A DNA stretch of 64,000 bases from an uncultured Prevotellaceae bacterium (lineage in GTDB: Bacteria > Bacteroidota > Bacteroidia > Bacteroidales > Muribaculaceae): NCBI GenBank assembly GCA_946406035.1, contig CAMJJG010000005.1:16900-80899 (forward strand). The letters are read 5' to 3'. The notes under the pieces were generated by a model that was not told where the DNA came from, did no database searches, and saw only the letters and a program-made list of their open reading frames with translations. The position numbers and the translations under genes are program-made. Shown piece after piece: positions 59,446 to 64,000 of the stretch (positions are counted from its first letter, which is position 1; every line of letters begins with the position of its first letter).

Positions 59446-60525
59446 TTACAGGTACTTGTCGCCAAACTTGGCTTTCACGTCGTTAACATATTGCTTGATC
59501 TTCTGTTCCTCGTCGAGCGGCACGATGAGCAACGCGTCGTCCACGTCGGCAACGATATAGCCCTCGAGTCCCGAGGCCACGACGAGCTTGTCGCCCTTGA
59601 TGGCGACAATGTTGTTGCGGCTGTTGAACATCAACGCCTTGCAGTTTTGCGTCACGTTACCGTCGCGGTTCTTGGGAGAGTGGTCATACAGCGACCGCCA
59701 TGTGCCCAGGTCGTTCCAGCCAAAGTCAACAGTCTCGACATAGACATTGGGAGCCTTTTCCATCACGGCAAAATCGATGCTGATGCTGGGGCAGGCCTCA
59801 AAATTATTGTCGATATACTCCTGCTCCTGGGCCGTGCCAAAGTACTCCCTGCCCTTATCGAAGACGGCATTCACCTCGGGTGCGAAATGGTCCAGCGCCT
59901 GGATGATGCTGCTGGCACTCCAGAAGAACATGCCCGAGTTCCAGAAAAACTCTCCCGACTGCAGGAACACCCGCGCCAGGTCCTCGCTGGGCTTCTCGGT
60001 AAAGGTCTTAACCGTCGAGAAGTCGCCCTCAACCTGCTCGCCCACCTGGATGTAGCCATAGCCCGTCTCGGGACGGCTAGGCTTGATGCCCAGCGTCACC
60101 AGAGCGTCATGGGTCCCGATAAAGTCAAACGCCTTGACCACGCTCTGCTTGAATTTCTCCTCGTTGATGATCAAGTGATCGCTGGGAGCAACCATGATCT
60201 TGGCGTCGGGGTGGATGGCCCTGATATGATGTGCGGCCCACGCGATGCACGGCGCTGTGTTGCGCCGGGCAGGTTCCAGCAGGATCTGCGACGGCTTCAG
60301 CTCGGGCAACTGTTCCTTGATCAACGGCTCATAGCTCTCATTGGTGATGAGCAGGATATTGTCAACGGGCACAATTCCGTTCAAGCGGTCAAAGGCCATC
60401 TGCAACAGGCTGCGGCCGGTGCCGAAGAAGTCGATGAATTGTTTAGGCTTGGCGGCTTTGCTGAACGGCCAAAAGCGGCTGCCCACGCCTCCGCACATAA
60501 TAACGCAATATCGGTTGTTATCCAT
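59446..60525 (-). CDS. manC: Mannose-1-phosphate guanylyltransferase
   Basis: IMCGGVGSRFWPFS...PKQF, EPARRNTAP, ETGYGYI, WNSGMF, SIDFAVMEK and WNDLG. Confidence 0.94.
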   Translation of the reverse strand: MDNNRYCVIMCGGVGSRFWPFSKAAKPKQFIDFFGTGRSLLQMAFDRLNGIVPVDNILLITNESYEPLIKEQLPELKPSQILLEPARRNTAPCIAWAAHHIRAIHPDAKIMVAPSDHLIINEEKFKQSVVKAFDFIGTHDALVTLGIKPSRPETGYGYIQVGEQVEGDFSTVKTFTEKPSEDLARVFLQSGEFFWNSGMFFWSASSIIQALDHFAPEVNAVFDKGREYFGTAQEQEYIDNNFEACPSISIDFAVMEKAPNVYVETVDFGWNDLGTWRSLYDHSPKNRDGNVTQNCKALMFNSRNNIVAIKGDKLVVASGLEGYIVADVDDALLIVPLDEEQKIKQYVNDVKAKFGDKYL

Positions 60526-60696
60526 GATTTAGTTAGTTAGATAGCAAATTTTTAATTGACTTAACAAAGGTACAATAAAAAAACATATTTCACCCATTGA
60601 CGATGGGTTATTACATCACACAACGGTACTTATTGTGTGAAACAGTAGTGTATTATCGGTAATAAAAAAGAAATCTTGAGCTTCCAGTAATGCACG

Positions 60697-61164
60697 TTAT
60701 TGCTCATCATAGTATATGGGCAACGTGCGGCTGATGCTTTGTTCCAGCGAGATGAGCGTCTCGGTTGCGGCAACGCCCTCGATGTGTTGTATACGATCGT
60801 TCACCAGCGACATCAGGTGCTCGTTGTCACGGGCATAAACCTTGATCATCATGGTGTAGTGGCCTGTCGTGAAGTGGCACTCCACCACTTCCCTGATCTT
60901 GAGCAACTCGGGAACCACTGTGCGGTACATCGAGCCACGCTCCAGCGTCAGGCCGATGAACGTGCAGGTCGAGTAACCGAGCGACTTGGGATTTACATTG
61001 TAGCCCGACCCGGTGATGACGCCATCGTCGATGAGGCGCTGGATGCGCTGATGAACGGCGGCACGCGACACGCCACACACCTGGGCAACATCCTTGCTAG
61101 GAATACGGGCATTATTCATCACTATTTCAAGAATTTTCTTATCTAACGTATCAATCTTTTCCAT
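60697..61164 (-). CDS. asnC: Lrp/AsnC-family transcriptional regulator
   Basis: IDTLDKKIL...NARIP...VSRAAVHQRIQRL, VVECHFTTG and TETLISL. Confidence 0.9.
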   Translation of the reverse strand: MEKIDTLDKKILEIVMNNARIPSKDVAQVCGVSRAAVHQRIQRLIDDGVITGSGYNVNPKSLGYSTCTFIGLTLERGSMYRTVVPELLKIREVVECHFTTGHYTMMIKVYARDNEHLMSLVNDRIQHIEGVAATETLISLEQSISRTLPIYYDEQ

Positions 61165-61578
61165 GAAGCTTGATTTTTATATCATATTGCAAATTTACCT
61201 CTTTTTTTTAATCCCGCTATAGATTTCGGTAAAATATTTTTTGATTTTTGCATTTTTTTAAAGAACAGGCTAGAACTGTGGCTTTTTGCCAGATTATAGA
61301 GATCTTCACCTCAATCCACGCCACTACGCATCTAACAAGCTGGTTTCAAGCCCTTTGGAGTGTGTTTTATAAGATAATGATCACTCCTGATCAACAAGTG
61401 ACATGGAAATTTAATTTTTTTGAAAAAACACATACTCATTATGGCGATCATTATAACAGACATTTTGCTCAACAAAACCGTTACAACACGCCATCCAGAT
61501 GACCAGCAAAAAAATAAAAAACACTCCATCTTGCCCGACTATGCAAAAAAAGCACTACCTTTGCAACCGCAATCGTCA

Positions 61579-61660
61579 GCGCCTGTGGCGAAATTGGTAG
61601 ACGCGCCAGACTTAGGATCTGGTAACTCCGGTTGTGTAGGTTCGAGTCCTATCAGGCGCA
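61579..61660 (+). tRNA. tRNA-Leu(TAG)
   Basis: GCGCCTG/CAGGCGC acceptor stem, CCAGA-CTTAGGA-TCTGG anticodon arm, long variable arm, GGTTCGAGTCC T arm. Confidence 0.97.
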
Positions 61661-61666
61661 CTATAT

Positions 61667-61706
61667 AAAATGTCAGATGGCTATTTGGTCACCTGGCATT
61701 TTTTTC
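61667..61706 (+). terminator. Intrinsic terminator after tRNA-Leu
   Basis: AAAATGTCAGATGGC...GTCACCTGGCATTTTTTT. Confidence 0.65.
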
Positions 61707-61719
61707 GTATTCTCCTTGA

Positions 61720-62180
61720 TGTGGTTGCGGGTAACTGGGCCTGTAGACAGCGTGTGCGTCGAGGTTGCCCCGTCGTTCAGGCTGCGTGCCATGAGCGACA
61801 GGATTATGTTGCTGTGGTCATCGACAGCCCGCTGCTGTATTGTCATACAGGAAGCGGAACTGTTGGATGGTCTCCTTCCAGACACGGATGATGTTGTACT
61901 CGGTCTCGCCGATGGCGGTGGCCAGCAGGTAGGTGATGTCCTGGAGGATCTTGCCGACGGTATAACAATGGTTTGCTGTTCGCACACCGCTGCTCGCACA
62001 GCGACTCTTGCTGCAAACTTTGTCGAACCGACGGTTTCTGGCGAGATGGATGCTTTGGATAATCTGCTCTCGCTCAGCAATATTCAAACAAGTTTGATGC
62101 TGCTCTCGTTTAATCGCAGATTTCTCGGTCTCGACACGGAATGCGGAGATCAGTGCTGTGAGTTGTGAAATGTCGATCAT
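61720..62180 (-). pseudogene. Disrupted, truncated phage-like gene with two short hairpin insertions and a frameshift
   Basis: Removing 62057-62123 and 61962-62035 restores MIDISQLTALISAFRVETEKASISPETVGKILQDITYLLATA...; a further frameshift lies near 61840. The left boundary is approximate. Confidence 0.6.
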
Positions 62181-62339
62181 AATCAAAATAGTTTTACGAT
62201 TTGTTCGCAAAACTACTTTGATTGGGCGGTGCGACAAAAGACACCGTTTCGGGCAAAAATCTCTCTCTCTTTTTAGTCACATTCAATAAAAAATGTTTAC
62301 TTTTGTAAAATCTAAAAAATAGTTAAAAGGTGTAATTGT

Positions 62340-64000
62340 ATGAACAAGGTATTAGAGAACCTTAATAATAAACAAATAGAAGCCGTAGAAGCCACAGAAG
62401 GTAGAGTTCGAGTAGTTGCGGGAGCTGGATCTGGGAAAACACGCGTCCTCGCACACCGTTATGCATATTTGGTCAACGATTTAGGAATAGACCCAGGTAA
62501 TATTCTTTGTATGACGTTCACCAATAAAGCCGCAAGAGAAATGAAGGTTCGTATATCAAAATTGGTTCATCGGGCTCATGTGAATGATCTTGTATGTACA
62601 ATTCATGGATTCTGCGTCAAGTTTCTAAGGCGAGACATTCATCGAATTGGATATCCTAGCAATTTTATCATTACTGACGAAGAAGATAATAAACTATTAG
62701 CGAAACAAGTAATATCTGAATTTCAACTTGATACAAAGAATATTACAGTTAAAAAGTTTCTATCTGAGGTTCAATTATATAAAGCACTTAATCCATACAT
62801 AGAAACTATCATTCTTCCTGAATCTGATCTACCTCAAGAAGAATTTCAAAATGATTATGTCAAAAGATATATTCAACTTCAGCAGAAGAATTTTATGCTG
62901 GACTTTAATGATTTGATCTATTTCACCATATATATTATGGACAGGCACGAAGAACCTCTTAATTACTGGCAACAAAAATTGAATTATATAATGGTTGATG
63001 AAGCTCAAGATTGTAGCGCATCAGACTGGGATATAATAAATCATTTAAAAGGTGGGTATGATAATCTTTTTATTGTAGGTGACCCTGACCAATGCATTTA
63101 TGAATGGAGAGGTGCCAAGCCTGATGGATTTCTTTCTTTTCCTGCTGAAACGGATATAATTCTCAATCAGAACTATCGATCGACGCCAAACATTCTTGAT
63201 GTTGCCAACTCTATCATATCACATAATGTGAACAGGATACCAAAAGATCTTTTTACAAAAACTGAACCAAGCAAGATTGCCATTCATTATCACGGTCCCT
63301 CTGATGACGAAGAGGGTAATTGGATCGCAACACAAATAGAAAAACTTTCAGAAAATGGTATGGCATATTGTGATTTTGCTATACTCTACCGAGCATCTCA
63401 TCTTTCTCGAAAGATTGAACAAGCACTACTTCGTAAACATATTAAATATGCAGTATGGGGTGGTATTCGCTTCTTTGAACGCCGAGAGATTAAAGATATC
63501 TTGGCATACTTCAGATTAATCGCTTATAAAGATGACTTATCTTTCAAAAGAATTATAAATACTCCATCGAGAAGGTTTGGTAATGTCTCAATGACCAGAT
63601 TGCAAGAAATTGCAACATACAAAAACGCTTCTCTTTACGATTCTTTATATAAAAATATTAATTCTGGAGTATTTAATAAGCCATCAATTGTCGATTTTAT
63701 TCGCCTGATTGAGGGGCTGACCGAAAAGAGCAAATATATTCCGGTGTCTGAATTATTTGATCTTATTCTTACACAAAGTGGTCTTGAAGAAATGTATCGA
63801 ACTGAAGCAGATAATGAACGTTTAGAGAATATTGCTGAATTAAAACAATCTATTCTGGAATATGAAACTGCCAATGCAGAAGATGATATAAATTTAGAAA
63901 CTTATCTTCAAGATATCGCATTATATACGAATGCAGATTATAAAAATGATGGAGAAACTGTAAAACTTATGACTATACACCAGTCTAAAGGACTTGAGTT
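62340..64000 (+). CDS. UvrD/PcrA-family SF1A helicase (runs off the window), AT-rich
   Basis: Manual translation from ATG 62340: MNKVLENLNNKQIEAV...VVAGAGSGKT, MTFTNKAA, MVDEAQD, VGDPDQCIY, LNQNYRS, AILYR, LMTIHQSKGLE. Confidence 0.93.
   Translation, partial: MNKVLENLNNKQIEAVEATEGRVRVVAGAGSGKTRVLAHRYAYLVNDLGIDPGNILCMTFTNKAAREMKVRISKLVHRAHVNDLVCTIHGFCVKFLRRDIHRIGYPSNFIITDEEDNKLLAKQVISEFQLDTKNITVKKFLSEVQLYKALNPYIETIILPESDLPQEEFQNDYVKRYIQLQQKNFMLDFNDLIYFTIYIMDRHEEPLNYWQQKLNYIMVDEAQDCSASDWDIINHLKGGYDNLFIVGDPDQCIYEWRGAKPDGFLSFPAETDIILNQNYRSTPNILDVANSIISHNVNRIPKDLFTKTEPSKIAIHYHGPSDDEEGNWIATQIEKLSENGMAYCDFAILYRASHLSRKIEQALLRKHIKYAVWGGIRFFERREIKDILAYFRLIAYKDDLSFKRIINTPSRRFGNVSMTRLQEIATYKNASLYDSLYKNINSGVFNKPSIVDFIRLIEGLTEKSKYIPVSELFDLILTQSGLEEMYRTEADNERLENIAELKQSILEYETANAEDDINLETYLQDIALYTNADYKNDGETVKLMTIHQSKGLE

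Noticed and set aside
62340-64000. Gabija GajB
   Set aside because: No OLD-family GajA gene lies upstream, and the helicase retains a full PcrA-like 2B region. Downstream genes are not visible, so a defence role stays open.

Overview
Chromosomal window from a Bacteroidales bacterium, probably Muribaculaceae/Prevotella-like (inferred from TAnnTTTG -7 promoters, T9SS-type C-termini, dockerin-like domains and a Bacteroides-type PhoBR). The backbone is housekeeping: yidC, pyrG, an acyl-CoA ligase, a CPA2 antiporter, an RND pump, comM/yifB, aroA, mscL, gap, rubrerythrin, two glycosyltransferases, tRNA-Arg(CCT), secDF, ispG, rpoN, cstA, argR, ssb, manC, asnC and tRNA-Leu(TAG). Six accessory features stand out. 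(1) A mosaic sensor/effector cassette at 3.7-7.8 kb: a TPR-TM-HTH regulator plus two secreted paralogues with GC-rich constant ends and AT-rich variable cores. (2) A five-gene VTC/polyphosphate-polymerase - DUF4956 - DUF2490 - 2x Cthe_2159-like operon divergent from phoBR, with a Pho-box-like repeat between them. (3) A 29-bp duplication of the comM 3' region bracketing a lone ATPase gene. (4) A candidate structured RNA, a Walker-A-less ATPase and a ~218-bp four-hairpin tandem array at 53-55.4 kb; a diverged, covarying copy of the hairpin unit lies at 3.7 kb. (5) A catalytically dead ArgC coupled to argR. (6) A tRNA-Leu-adjacent island with a phage-like pseudogene carrying two frame-compensating hairpin insertions, followed by an AT-rich UvrD helicase. 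All family calls come from motif recognition by eye; no searches were run.
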